A stretch of DNA of 64,000 bases, from contig OZ244561.1 of assembly GCA_965217585.1 (NCBI GenBank), positions 960,001 to 1,024,000 of the forward strand. The letters run 5' to 3'. This DNA is from Candidatus Latescibacterota bacterium. GTDB lineage: Bacteria; Latescibacterota; UBA2968; UBA8231. The stretch's first letter is position 1. Every line of letters begins with the position of its first letter. The notes under the pieces were generated by a model. The model was not told the origin of the DNA, made no database searches, and worked only from the letters and a program-made list of their open reading frames with translations. Positions 18,308 through 28,760 of this stretch are shown here, in pieces. The translations under genes and the position numbers were made by a program.

Positions 18308-21300
18308 AGTAGCCCTTGACCCAGCGCGTGTTGTATTCCTGCAAGTATTCTAGATGCGCGCTGGTTTGCGGGTAGTGCTCGTGCGTTGGGTACGGGTAGC
18401 CGGACATGCCGTGAAAGGGGAGCGGCCCAACCGTTAGCGAGTGCGCCGAGTGCAGATCCATGTCCTTGCCAAAGCCGTCGGCGTACAGCAGGAACGAGCG
18501 CACCAGACCAGCCGCGGGCGGCGGCAAGGCGGCGAATTCAACGGTCAGCTCGTCGCCGTGGAACATGATGACAAAGCGGTCGTCAATGCCCTCGACCAGC
18601 TCCTCCACCGGGCCGAAGCGGGTGAAGGCTCCGGCGTGGGTGCCCCAAGGCGCTTCTAACGCCAATTGATCGTAGTGATAGCGAAAGGCAAAGGTGCCCT
18701 TGATAGCCGTGTGGGCCGGGTAGCCTCGCCAGTGGAGATCGCTCTGCGCCGGTTGTAGGCGGTGGACCGCGAGAGGAACATCCGCAGCGTCGCCGACGAG
18801 CAGTTGGTCCCAGTAGAGCGCGGTGTTGGTTTCGATCCGCAGCCGGTAGTCGTCGGACGGGAACAGGCCGGCCAAGTCGAAAAGCGCGTGTTTGGGCAGG
18901 CCCGCCGGGCAACCCATATCTGCGCTGACTTCGACCCATCCCCCCTCGCCATCGGCCACCGACAGGCGGGGTGGATACAGCGACAAGCCGCGCTGTGCGG
19001 CGCTCCAATTCGAGGTCGAATGCGCGTAGTCAACCCACCCGTAACCGAGTAAGACCGGATGGGCGAATTCGGACAGGTCGCCCAAGTCCAGCTCTAGCGC
19101 ATAGTCTTCGGCATAGCCGTGTATGTCGAGCCGGCCAAACCCGTCATACCACTCGTCGTCGATCTCTTGCAGGGCGGCCAACACGTCCGCACCCCGGTGA
19201 TCACGGGCGGCCACGGGCGGGCGCAGCCCTCGCAGGGGATACAGCTTGAACTCCGGATAGGGCGGCGCGGAAAGCAGGCGCTCGTTGGGATATATGTCTA
19301 ACTCGGGCGGATGATCGACAGCGATCAGTTCGAGGGCATCGACGTAAATGATTTCCTCTAGCTGATTGGCTAGCTGCAAGACGTAGCGGCCGTCCTTAGG
19401 AGCCAGCGGCCCCAAGCGAACGTACTCGTCGGTGTCGGGCTGGTAGTACTGGCCTGGGGCGGTCAAGTAGCCAATAATGGCCCCCCCGAGAATGTCGGTG
19501 ACAAAGCGATAGCGCTCGCCATCCCAAGCATAGAGAATGGGGCACGAAGTGCCCTTGCGGTCGAGTTCCGTCAGATCCAGCCGCTGTCCGGCCCCGGTGG
19601 CCAACTCGGTCTGACGCACGCCCCCGGGCCAGAGGATGCGGATGAATTCGACCGAGTCGCTCTGCGCCAAGCCGAAGTGGAGCACGCCTGCGTACCCTCT
19701 GCTGCGGATTTCGCGCTTCTGGAGGCGGTGGGTGGTTTTCACCTCCACCTTGGCCCCGACACCGTCGCGATTGCTGTTAAGCCCTTGGGCGGCGATCTCG
19801 ATCCAGTGCCCCCCCTCGCTCTGGTTGTGCAACACCCGGCCACCCGCCCAAATATCCACGCGGCCGTCGCCGTTGAAATCGGCCATGAGCGCAGCCCCAC
19901 CCGGCTCGTCGAGCGGGGTTTGCGGCTGGAACTGACCGTCGCTATACGCGAGCGGTTGCAGCCGCTCGTCCTCGCAGGCGAGTAGGTCGAGGTCGCCGTC
20001 GTTGTCGAGATCGGCGGAAAGCAGTGCCCGCCCACCGGACGCAGCCGACGCCTCGGCCCGGACGAAGGCGCGACCGGCTTGGTTTATATGCATCTCTACC
20101 GCACCGCTAGCCGCAATAGCCAAGTCCATATAGCCGTCTTGGTTGAAGTCCTCAACGGCCAAGCCCGCGCCCTGCACTGCGCCCAAGCCCAAGGCCGCGG
20201 CGATTTCCGCGAACGTGCCGTCGCGATTGTTGGTATGGACTTGCAGGCCCTCGCCCGAGAGGAGTACCATATCCACGTCGCGGTCGTTGTCGAGGTCGGA
20301 GAATGCAGCGCGGTCAGCCGCGGCCGAACCGGCTGGTTGTCCCGTGGCGGCGAAACGGGCCTCTCCATCGTTGGCCAGCAGCGAGACGCGCGGGCCGAGC
20401 ACCAGCAGATCGAGGTCGCCGTCGTGGTCGGCATCGCCCAGCGCAACTCTGGTCGAGGCGACGGACAGGTCTTCGCCAGCGGCCCATTCGCCGTTGGCCG
20501 CTCGGTAGAGCAGGGTTCCGCCCGCGCCGCTGAGGACCAAGTCGGCGGTCCCGTCGTTGTCGAGGTCGCCGGAGATCGCGCTGGTCGCCCCAAAGCCGTC
20601 GGGGACCGTCGGAGCGGTAAGCACTTCCGCTGTACCACCGGCGTACACGTGCAAACCCTCGGCCCCAGCCAAGACATCCGGCCGGCCATCCGCGTCAAAG
20701 TCGCCCAAAGCGGCAAAACGCACCGAGCCAGTCGCCGGGCCGACCGCGGCGAATGCAAAAGGCCCGGCCACGTCGTCCTGACTCGGATCGCCGCCACCGG
20801 CGTCGGCGACGGCCTCGGCGTATTTGCCCTGCCCCTGATAGGACGAAGAAACGCCTTGGTGGCCGGCTTGGCTGAGCTGGTTGAAGTGCTCCAAGGTGCT
20901 TTTCCACTCCTCCTCGCGCCCGAGCCGCCGGTAGAGATTGGCCAACCCGTAATAGGCCGATACGTTGTAGGGATCGAGGCGGATGGCCTCCTTGAAGTCG
21001 GCGATAGCGGCCTCGCCCTCGTTTAGCTTGGCCCGCATTTGCCCCATGTAGTAGCGCACGTGGGGGTCGTCGCGGTCGGCGGCGGCGACCTTTTGCAAGG
21101 CGGCGAGCGCTTTGCCGTGCTCCCGGCCTTGAGCATTATAGATCAGGCCCAAGGCGTAGTTGGCGTGGAGGAGGTCGGGGTCGATGGCAATGGCGGTTTG
21201 CAGGGCCGTGGCAGCGCTGTCGTACTTGCCGAGGGCATAGTACGCAATGCCGAGATTGGCCTGCGCACTAGCGTAGTCCGGAGCCAAGGCGAGGGCGCGG

Positions 21301-21488
21301 GCAAACTCCTCCCGGCCGCGCGTGTAGTTGTGTTGATCCATATAGACCACGCCCTGATTGTTGTGCCAGCGCGCCTTGGGGGGCCAAGTCGGCGGCCCCT
21401 CGGGCGGCCCCTGCTCACAGGCCGCTCCCAAGAGGGCCGCGACGAGGGACAACAGGGCCTGGCGCACCTTGACGCTTATATGGGGCAT
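18300..21488 (-). CDS. TPR + FG-GAP repeat + ASPIC/UnbV (CRTAC1-like) lipoprotein
   Basis: Lipobox GAAC, TPRs, multiple GDxDNDGDLD repeats, SNRDGVGAKV...LHFGL, SCPILYAWDG. Confidence 0.85.
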   Translation of the reverse strand: MPHISVKVRQALLSLVAALLGAACEQGPPEGPPTWPPKARWHNNQGVVYMDQHNYTRGREEFARALALAPDYASAQANLGIAYYALGKYDSAATALQTAIAIDPDLLHANYALGLIYNAQGREHGKALAALQKVAAADRDDPHVRYYMGQMRAKLNEGEAAIADFKEAIRLDPYNVSAYYGLANLYRRLGREEEWKSTLEHFNQLSQAGHQGVSSSYQGQGKYAEAVADAGGGDPSQDDVAGPFAFAAVGPATGSVRFAALGDFDADGRPDVLAGAEGLHVYAGGTAEVLTAPTVPDGFGATSAISGDLDNDGTADLVLSGAGGTLLYRAANGEWAAGEDLSVASTRVALGDADHDGDLDLLVLGPRVSLLANDGEARFAATGQPAGSAAADRAAFSDLDNDRDVDMVLLSGEGLQVHTNNRDGTFAEIAAALGLGAVQGAGLAVEDFNQDGYMDLAIAASGAVEMHINQAGRAFVRAEASAASGGRALLSADLDNDGDLDLLACEDERLQPLAYSDGQFQPQTPLDEPGGAALMADFNGDGRVDIWAGGRVLHNQSEGGHWIEIAAQGLNSNRDGVGAKVEVKTTHRLQKREIRSRGYAGVLHFGLAQSDSVEFIRILWPGGVRQTELATGAGQRLDLTELDRKGTSCPILYAWDGERYRFVTDILGGAIIGYLTAPGQYYQPDTDEYVRLGPLAPKDGRYVLQLANQLEEIIYVDALELIAVDHPPELDIYPNERLLSAPPYPEFKLYPLRGLRPPVAARDHRGADVLAALQEIDDEWYDGFGRLDIHGYAEDYALELDLGDLSEFAHPVLLGYGWVDYAHSTSNWSAAQRGLSLYPPRLSVADGEGGWVEVSADMGCPAGLPKHALFDLAGLFPSDDYRLRIETNTALYWDQLLVGDAADVPLAVHRLQPAQSDLHWRGYPAHTAIKGTFAFRYHYDQLALEAPWGTHAGAFTRFGPVEELVEGIDDRFVIMFHGDELTVEFAALPPPAAGLVRSFLLYADGFGKDMDLHSAHSLTVGPLPFHGMSGYPYPTHEHYPQTSAHLEYLQEYNTRWVKGYYE

Positions 21489-21526
21489 GGTTATATTTTT
21501 TCCTCCTATAGCGGATCAATTTTCGA

Positions 21527-21602
21527 GCGAGAGTAGCTCAGTTGGTAGAGCTCCACGTTGCCAACGTGGTTGTCGCGGGTTCGAGTCCCGTCTCTCGCTC
21601 CA
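21527..21602 (+). tRNA. tRNA-Gly (GCC)
   Basis: GCGAGAG/CTCTCGC acceptor stem, CCACG-TTGCCAA-CGTGG anticodon arm, GTTCGAG T-loop, encoded CCA. Confidence 0.97.
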
Positions 21603-21699
21603 TTTTTTTGCCTTAACCTCCATTTCAATATAGCTATAACCCCCATTGAGAAAAGGCTGAGCCGGTCTTGCGTCGGGTCGAGTTATAGGGAATCCAGGC

Positions 21700-22845
21700 T
21701 CAATTTCCAGAGGGATCCGCCGGACCGACAAAGCGCTGGCCAAGGCGGAACAAATCGCCCAGTGGATTTTTGCGGTCCTCCAGGGCGTCGGCTATAACCG
21801 GTCCAATGGAACCGCCGAATTTAAAGCCGTGGCCGCTGCCACAGCCGGCGATGAGAATCCCCCGCGCCGCCGGGGCCCAGTCGATGACGAAGTGGTCGTC
21901 GGGCGTATTGGTGTACAGGCAGGCGCGGCCCCCCACCAGTCGGGCCCCTTCTAGAGCGGGCAGGCGCTGGGCGACAAAGGCGCGGGCCTGGTCGAGGAAG
22001 TCGGGACTGGGTTGGCGATCGGCCTCGGGCTCGGCGCGCTCCACTTTGCTGTCCTCGGCGATTTTGACGTACCCTTCGCGCAGCAGCGGGAAGCCGTACC
22101 AGGCCGCCTCGGGACTCAGCGCCGTCCACACGGGAAACACCTTCTGGGCGAACGTTTCGGGCTCGGCCGGAGCCAAGAAGGCCATTTGCTGGCGCGTTAT
22201 GCGCAGGTGGTCCTTTAAAGTGGGAAAAAGACGCACCACCCAAGCACCGGCGGCGACCACGACGCGGTCGAATAGAGGGCGATCTGACCCTGTGGCTAGG
22301 CGGATACCCCGGTCGGTCTCGTCCATGGCCTGCACCGGGGTGTGGGTGCGGATAGCAACGCCCTGGTCCCGGGCCAGATCGGCCAGATCGGCCACGGCCT
22401 GACCGCTGCGCAAATAGCCGGACCAGGGATCGTAAAAGAGCGTGTCGTCGTCCTGCACGGCAAATTGGGGGAAGCGCTGGCGGACCTGAGCCGGGCTCAG
22501 CACTTCGACTGTTTTCCCCCGCTGGCGCAGCGTCTCCAAGCCGCGGCGGGCTGGGCTGTCGGTGGGCAAATCGCCCCAGATATTGAGCTTGCCGGTCTGG
22601 TAGTAGATGGCCCGGCTGAGCTGGTCGTGCCACCGGCACCACTGATGCGCGGCCCGCTCGCCCAGTTCGTGGTAGGTCTCCTCGGGGTAGCTGGTGCGGC
22701 GGATGACTTTGGACACATCGGTCGAGGAGGCATCCGGACAGGGGATGGGGCCGCGTTCGAAGAGGGTGACCCGGTGGCCCCGCCGGTTGAGTTCCAAGGC
22801 TGCCGCCAAGCCGAAAATGCCCGCTCCTACAATGCCGACGCGCAT
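21700..22845 (-). CDS. FAD-dependent oxidoreductase (sarcosine/fructosyl-amino acid oxidase-like)
   Basis: GAGIFG, SSTDVSKVIR, CLYTNTPDDHFVID, SGHGFKF. Confidence 0.88.
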   Translation of the reverse strand: MRVGIVGAGIFGLAAALELNRRGHRVTLFERGPIPCPDASSTDVSKVIRRTSYPEETYHELGERAAHQWCRWHDQLSRAIYYQTGKLNIWGDLPTDSPARRGLETLRQRGKTVEVLSPAQVRQRFPQFAVQDDDTLFYDPWSGYLRSGQAVADLADLARDQGVAIRTHTPVQAMDETDRGIRLATGSDRPLFDRVVVAAGAWVVRLFPTLKDHLRITRQQMAFLAPAEPETFAQKVFPVWTALSPEAAWYGFPLLREGYVKIAEDSKVERAEPEADRQPSPDFLDQARAFVAQRLPALEGARLVGGRACLYTNTPDDHFVIDWAPAARGILIAGCGSGHGFKFGGSIGPVIADALEDRKNPLGDLFRLGQRFVGPADPSGN

Positions 22846-22874
22846 GGCTGCCAAGGCTAGAGTTCCTCTATTGC

Positions 22875-25271
22875 CTACAGGGCCGCGCGGCGCTCGCGGA
22901 TTTGCAGCAGGGCCGGCAGCAGGGTGACGGACGTGATAAAACAGGATCCCAAGCCCACCAGCGAGAGCACGCCAATCGACGTGAGCGCCGGGTGGATGGC
23001 CGGCACCAATCCCGAGAAGCCGACCATCGTCGTCAGCGACGTAGCCAACAGCGCGACCCCGGTCGTGCGCAACACCAGTCGCAGCGAGCCGCGACCGACT
23101 TCTTGGTAGCGGTGGAAGATGTGGACGCTGTTGTCAACGCCCATGCCGATGATCGTCGGGAAGGCCACCATGTTGTAGAGGTTGAGCTTGATGTCAAACG
23201 CATACATGAAGCCCACGACCCACACCAAGGCGTTCAAAAGCGGCGTCAGCACCAATAGGGTATCGACGAAACTCCGCAAGTCGATGAGCAGCACCACCGC
23301 GACGACCGCGAGCGTGAGGATCACGGCGAGGGAGCTGTCTTCGAGCATGACCTTGAGCATCTCGGCGACGATGATATGCGAGCTAGAGGCTATGTAGGTC
23401 TTGCCCACCGGCGTTTCAATGCGGCTGATTTCCTCGGCAAAGCGGATGGCGTCTTTCCCGTCCTTGAGTTCGACCGCGGCGTTGATCGCCACAAAGTTGA
23501 GGATGTTGCCGTCCTTGTCCTTGAACGCGTTGGTCAAGTCCGCGGGCAGGTCGTAGAGCGTTAGCTTCTCCACGTCGAGGTACGGGCGCAGCGAATCCAG
23601 TTTAGCCCGTTCGCTTTCGCTGAACAGACCTTCTTCCCGGTCGAGCAAGGCGCGGATGTCGGCGATGAGCGCCAGTTTGTCGTCTTGGGCTTGCGGCAGC
23701 GCGGAGTACACGCTCTTGACGCTGAGGACCGTAGAGGAGTCGCCGTGGGCGGCCTTGATGCCCTCGACCGTGCGAACCACCTCCATGGCCTCGTCGTAGC
23801 TTTCGGTCAGCACGATGGCCGGCGAGCGGCCTTCCTTCAGGCTCTGGGGCAGGCTGCCCTTGTTGATGTTGGGCGGCGGCGCGGGCTTGAGCTTGCTGAA
23901 GTCGTATTCAAATTCCAAATCGCCGAGATGGTACAGCGAGTACCCGGTGATCACCGCGCCCACCAGCAAGGTAGCCCAAGGCTTTGGGTAGCGACCTGTG
24001 CGCCAGAGGACGCTTCTCTTGCGAATCGTGATGACCAACCGCAGGCGCTCGGCGAGGACGATGAAGGCCGGGCATATAGCGACCATGGCCACCAGCGAAA
24101 AGAGGATGCCGGTTCCCACGATAAAGCCGAACTCCGAGAAACCCTTAAAATCCGTCAACAGTAGCGAATAAAAGGCGATCGAGGTAGTCAACGCCGTCGT
24201 AGTCAGGGCCTTGCCCGTGTGCCTGACGGTCACGGTCAGGGCCTGTTCGATGTCCATGCCTCGGCGTCGGGCCTCGCGGTAGCGGGCGAAGATGTGAATA
24301 CCAAAGTCGATGCCCAGCCCAAAGAGGATGGCGAAAAGCCCCACGGTGATCATGTTGAGGCTGCCGATGGCCAAGTAGGTGACGCCAAAAGTCCAAGTCA
24401 GGCTCATCAGCAACGGCAAAGTGATGAAGAGCGAGCCAATCACTTGGCGGAAGAATAGTGTGATGAGCAGGAGCACGCCGACGATGCTGTACAAAGCCGT
24501 TGACTTGAGATCTCGTATGATGATTGTGAATTGGTTGGCGCTGTTGTGGAAACTGCCCTTGTACACGCATTCGATGCTGGGGTGGAAGCGCTCCGGGCCG
24601 ATGGCGGCAATGGTCTGGTCGAGATGGTCAATCAGAGCCTGCGAGAAGGCGACGTCTGTGGTAAGCCCGGCCGGATAGAGTCGCAGGATGACGCCGTTGC
24701 CCTCTTGCGTGACGAAGTACTGGCGGTATTGCTCTGCAACCGCGGTCGCAGAGCCGTCCTGTTGGTACTTGGCCTCAATATCCGAAAAGTCGAGCACCTG
24801 CTCTTCCTCGTCGTCAAAGGCGAAATAGAGCGGCGACTGCTTGAGCTTTTGCAACTCTACGTGCTCGTCGAGGCGGCGGCTGATTTCTCGCAGGTCCTCT
24901 AAGTCCATGTAGAGGAGTTGGTTTTTTTCGAGTAGATCCTTTTTGCTATCGAGGAGGCTCACCGAACTAATCAGCGGGCTGTGTTCGAGCGAATCGGCCA
25001 AGACCAGCATGAAGGAAACGGCCGCGTCCAAGTCGTCGCTGGTAATGACGACCATCAGCGGGCCGATGCCACCGATGCGGTCCTTGATGCGGTTGAGTTC
25101 CCTGACGCTGACGTAATCGTCGGACAAGAGGTCGGCGAAGTCGGTCTTGATGTTTCCGGCCAGCTTGGCGGCAAAAAACCCGGCAAATACCGACAGTATC
25201 GTGGCCAGCGCGATTATGCCGATGTAGTGGTGGTAGATGTAGCGGACCAAGCGCTGGTGGCTTATGGGCAT
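22875..25271 (-). CDS. MMPL/RND family lipid transporter (HpnN-like)
   Basis: Two repeats of TM bundles with GLGIDFGIH and GMGVDNSVH motifs. Confidence 0.88.
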   Translation of the reverse strand: MPISHQRLVRYIYHHYIGIIALATILSVFAGFFAAKLAGNIKTDFADLLSDDYVSVRELNRIKDRIGGIGPLMVVITSDDLDAAVSFMLVLADSLEHSPLISSVSLLDSKKDLLEKNQLLYMDLEDLREISRRLDEHVELQKLKQSPLYFAFDDEEEQVLDFSDIEAKYQQDGSATAVAEQYRQYFVTQEGNGVILRLYPAGLTTDVAFSQALIDHLDQTIAAIGPERFHPSIECVYKGSFHNSANQFTIIIRDLKSTALYSIVGVLLLITLFFRQVIGSLFITLPLLMSLTWTFGVTYLAIGSLNMITVGLFAILFGLGIDFGIHIFARYREARRRGMDIEQALTVTVRHTGKALTTTALTTSIAFYSLLLTDFKGFSEFGFIVGTGILFSLVAMVAICPAFIVLAERLRLVITIRKRSVLWRTGRYPKPWATLLVGAVITGYSLYHLGDLEFEYDFSKLKPAPPPNINKGSLPQSLKEGRSPAIVLTESYDEAMEVVRTVEGIKAAHGDSSTVLSVKSVYSALPQAQDDKLALIADIRALLDREEGLFSESERAKLDSLRPYLDVEKLTLYDLPADLTNAFKDKDGNILNFVAINAAVELKDGKDAIRFAEEISRIETPVGKTYIASSSHIIVAEMLKVMLEDSSLAVILTLAVVAVVLLIDLRSFVDTLLVLTPLLNALVWVVGFMYAFDIKLNLYNMVAFPTIIGMGVDNSVHIFHRYQEVGRGSLRLVLRTTGVALLATSLTTMVGFSGLVPAIHPALTSIGVLSLVGLGSCFITSVTLLPALLQIRERRAAL

Positions 25272-25280
25272 GGCAGAGGG

Positions 25281-25919
25281 TTAATCCCGGGTTGCACCGC
25301 CTGAAGGCGGCGAGAGAATCGTTTCCCGCAGGCGGGCCAACTGCTTGTCGAGCTGGGCGATTAGCTGCTCGTAGCCATTCTTCTCAATGTAGCGGGCATA
25401 GCGCCGCCTGTTGCCCTCGGCAGTGCTAATGCCGTCGATGACCAAGTCGTATATCCGCCACAAACCCTCCACCCGATGGAGCTTGTACGCGATTTCTATT
25501 TGCTCGTCTCGCACGGGTGTCAGCGCTTGGACGACTGCTGCGTCCCCTTGTACCTCAGCCGACTCGTAGCGGATCTCACCCTCGCGGTAGTAGCGGGAGA
25601 AGCTGGCGAAATTCTGCTCGCGAATGATGCTGCTGAACGTTTCGGCGAAGTGGTCGCGCTCGGCCGGGGAGCGGTCTTCCCAGTAATCCCCCAAGGCGAG
25701 GCGGCTCAATTCCCGGAAGTCAAAGGCCGCGTTGATGTGCTCCTTGATCTCTTCCCGCACGGTCGGGGGCAGCGAGTCGGCCGGTGCCTCGGCGAGGATG
25801 GCCTGCACCTCGGCGTCGTGGCCCTTGAGGAAGGCGATGGGGTCGTCGTCCTCTGCGGCCGCGCTGGCAGCCACCGCACCGCAGAGGATTACCCATACAG
25901 CGCACCATAACATTTTCAT
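25281..25919 (-). CDS. MlaC/Ttg2D/HpnM-like periplasmic lipid-binding protein
   Basis: Signal peptide, FDFRELSRLALGDYW, WRIYDLVIDGIS. Confidence 0.85.
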   Translation of the reverse strand: MKMLWCAVWVILCGAVAASAAAEDDDPIAFLKGHDAEVQAILAEAPADSLPPTVREEIKEHINAAFDFRELSRLALGDYWEDRSPAERDHFAETFSSIIREQNFASFSRYYREGEIRYESAEVQGDAAVVQALTPVRDEQIEIAYKLHRVEGLWRIYDLVIDGISTAEGNRRRYARYIEKNGYEQLIAQLDKQLARLRETILSPPSGGATRD

Positions 25920-27193
25920 TGTGCATTCTCCTCTGCGTACGCGCCGTTGGGAACGGGAAGTCCACCGCAGTAGTTGGTGACGCGCCCGCCGTCAAAGGCC
26001 TGGCGCGTCCAGACTCGCAGATCTGCGTAGTACGCTTCGGCGTACGAGCGGGTCGAATTGGCGTCTGTGAGCAGCCCCAAGCCGATGGTGCGCTCGGCCG
26101 GCCGGCCGCCGAGCTTTTCTCGGTGGTGCTTTTCCAAATCAACGACCTCAAAGGTCCATTTGTCTAAGTTGGTCGCGCCGCTTTCGACGACGAAGAACCA
26201 AGGCCGGAATATCTTGTCGCGCCGCCCCACCGTGCCTTCGGGCAACGTCGTACTCCACACGTATTTGAGCTGTTTGGGGACCCCTATCCAATTCTTGGAG
26301 AAGATGACGTACAGGCCGGCTGCGCTGTCGTTGGCATCGTCGAGAAACTCGTTGCCGCCCAACGGCAAGGCCGCGGCCCGCCAACACCAAGTCATAATTG
26401 GGTACTGGCGGGGATTCCAGTGGACGAATTTCCCCACGATGACCGAATGGCTCGAATCGCGCGCCGCCATGTAGCGCCGCGGGCGGCCCTCTACGCGGTA
26501 GAGCACGGGTTTGTGGCGGTCCTTTTTTTTCCACGGCCCCCACTCCATCGGCTGCGACCCGTCCCACGTAGCGGCGAAGTCTTCGAGTACCACGAACTCG
26601 CGCTCGGCGAGCTGGGCTTCCATCACCGGCGGCGAATGGCCGCGGTCGATCAGCGACTGGTAGCGACGCCGGTAGTGGCTGGAAACGGGCTGGCCCTCGA
26701 TCTTCAACTCGACGATTTTCCAAGTTCCAGCCGCAAAAATCAAGTCGGCCTCTACGTCGAGCGCGCGCGTGTCAAACAAGGCGCGAAGCTGCGCACGGCC
26801 CCGATGGCCATTCACTTCGAGGCTATCCAAACGCAAGCCGCGCAAGTCCGGGGAAGCGAGTTGGGCGGCCAAGTCGGCGCTGAGGCGGTGCTGGTAGGCC
26901 CTAGCCAGTCGGCTGCGATAGTGCTCGACGAGGTATGTAAAGCGCGGAATGGATAGCAAGCTCCGGTATGCACGCAGCGACTTTTCAGTATAGTCGCCAA
27001 GGGTCGCCGCGGTGAACTCGTCTAAGGCCAAGTGCTCGCTCACTAGGCGGGCGGCCAAGTCGGCGCTCTCGCGGTTGGGTGCCTCTAGCAGCGCGTTCAG
27101 CCGCGCCACGGCGGCCGTCGCCCAAGCCGCGTCGGCCCGGCTATCGCCCGGGCTGGCCAAAGCCAACAGCAGGACCGCGCTAAGGAGTTTCAT
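25916..27193 (-). CDS. MlaC-like domain fused to a DUF3047-like domain
   Basis: N-half WKIVELKIEGQPV...YRRRY; C-half YPIMTWCWR, NDSAAGLYVIF, LKYVWS, LLTDANST. Confidence 0.7.
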   Translation of the reverse strand: MKLLSAVLLLALASPGDSRADAAWATAAVARLNALLEAPNRESADLAARLVSEHLALDEFTAATLGDYTEKSLRAYRSLLSIPRFTYLVEHYRSRLARAYQHRLSADLAAQLASPDLRGLRLDSLEVNGHRGRAQLRALFDTRALDVEADLIFAAGTWKIVELKIEGQPVSSHYRRRYQSLIDRGHSPPVMEAQLAEREFVVLEDFAATWDGSQPMEWGPWKKKDRHKPVLYRVEGRPRRYMAARDSSHSVIVGKFVHWNPRQYPIMTWCWRAAALPLGGNEFLDDANDSAAGLYVIFSKNWIGVPKQLKYVWSTTLPEGTVGRRDKIFRPWFFVVESGATNLDKWTFEVVDLEKHHREKLGGRPAERTIGLGLLTDANSTRSYAEAYYADLRVWTRQAFDGGRVTNYCGGLPVPNGAYAEENAQ

Positions 27194-28607
27194 CGCGTCG
27201 GATCAGTTCGAGACCGCCCGTGGCTTTTTCGAGGCGGGCGACGCTGAGGTTGAAGTCGTATAGGGCTTCGCCGTAGCCTTGTTCGCGGCGGGCCCAGGTC
27301 TCAAAGGCGGCGATCAATTCGCCGATGGTTTGCGGGTCGAACTCAAAATCGTCGCGGGCTTCCCGCAGCCACTGCCGGGCCAATTGCCGACTCCTGCGCA
27401 CGTCTTGTAGGTCGCGGTCGGCGCGGCGATAGCCCAAATAGGCGCGGTGGACATCTAAGCGGATCCCCTCCTGCGCACCCGGTACGCGCGCTTCGAGCGC
27501 GCGATATTCAGCGCGTGCCCTATCTGCATCTGCTGCCAACAAGTGCCATTCCAAGGATTGCCGCACCCCAATGAAGACGCCGCCGTTAAAAAAGTTGAAC
27601 TCATCTTTGACGAATGGGTTCCGCTGGTCGGTGCGCCCAGGGGCCACGGCGTAGCGCAAGCCGCCGCCGATGAACACTTGGGGCTGGTACGCGGCGCGGG
27701 CGGCCTGCGCGAGGGCCTGTTTGGCGGCAAGGCCCGCCTGCAGCTTGCGCCATTCCGGTCGCCGGCCGACGGCCTGTGCGACTAACTCGTCTAAGGGTGG
27801 GACCAAGGCCGCCACCGGCGCGAGTCGCTCGGCCCGGAGCAGGAGCGGCGCAGCGCTGGGCAGGCCCGTGCGCCAAGCCAGCGCAGCCTGCGCCAAGGCC
27901 AATTGGTCGCCGACCTCGCGCTGCTGCACGGCCAAGTCGAGTTGGGCCAGCCGCAGCTTGTAGCGGTCGGACGGCGAGAGCGCGGGATCGTCGTCCAGGT
28001 CCTCGGCTCTGCTGGCCAGTTCCTCGCTCACGCGCTGCGCCAAGTCGCTTAGGTCCTGGGCCAACAGCAGCCCGTAGTACAGCTCCTTGATGTCAAAGGC
28101 CACATCCAACTGGGTCTGCGACAGGTCGGACTGCTCCACATCGACCCCTCGGGTGGCAGCCTCGTCTAAGTGGCGGGCGAGGCTAATGGGATAGAGCGGC
28201 TGCACAAATTGCAACTCGGCGCGCGCAAAAGGCCCCAAGGATGGGATGCCCGTGGTATCGGAGGGCGGGTTGAACACACTGCCCATAGCGTCTGGGACTA
28301 TACCGCTTTCGCTGTCGATGCGCAGGCGGGGGAGGATCTTGGCGGCCGCAGCTTGGCGGCGACGGGCCGCGGCCGACTCGACCTTCCAGCGGCCGCTCGC
28401 AACGTCGCCATCGTACTCCAAGGCGCGGTCGATAAGCTCCGTCAGCGTCCAGCGCTTGTCGGGCATTTGGGCGCGGGCCGGCAGGGCGGGCAAGCACATG
28501 ACGAGGCCCCAAACCCCTAGCCATAAGGGGGTGCAAATTTGCATGCCAGTGGGAAATCTCAGCGGCGGAAGAGGCGGAATTCGCGGTGATAGCGCGGGGT
28601 CCGTCAT
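27180..28607 (-). CDS. TolC family outer membrane efflux protein (start uncertain)
   Basis: LTLTELIDRAL, QPLY, IKELYYGLL, RRPEW, LEKATG two-repeat OEP pattern. Confidence 0.85.
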   Translation of the reverse strand: MTDPALSPRIPPLPPLRFPTGMQICTPLWLGVWGLVMCLPALPARAQMPDKRWTLTELIDRALEYDGDVASGRWKVESAAARRRQAAAAKILPRLRIDSESGIVPDAMGSVFNPPSDTTGIPSLGPFARAELQFVQPLYPISLARHLDEAATRGVDVEQSDLSQTQLDVAFDIKELYYGLLLAQDLSDLAQRVSEELASRAEDLDDDPALSPSDRYKLRLAQLDLAVQQREVGDQLALAQAALAWRTGLPSAAPLLLRAERLAPVAALVPPLDELVAQAVGRRPEWRKLQAGLAAKQALAQAARAAYQPQVFIGGGLRYAVAPGRTDQRNPFVKDEFNFFNGGVFIGVRQSLEWHLLAADADRARAEYRALEARVPGAQEGIRLDVHRAYLGYRRADRDLQDVRRSRQLARQWLREARDDFEFDPQTIGELIAAFETWARREQGYGEALYDFNLSVARLEKATGGLELIRRDETP

Positions 28608-28760
28608 TTTTATAACTTGTTAAAAATAGTTAAGTTAATATACAGACTAAGCGATTTAGCGTCAATGCTCCAGCCTGTCTGCTTCTTGGATTATACAACA
28701 CCCGACCACTATGTTTTATGCACCTATGTTTTCCTTAAAATGCGCGAATAGGCGAGCGCA

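Noticed and set aside
21527-21602. tRNA-Gly as an island integration site
   Set aside because: No duplicated tRNA 3' end or integrase seen in the window; flanking genes look native
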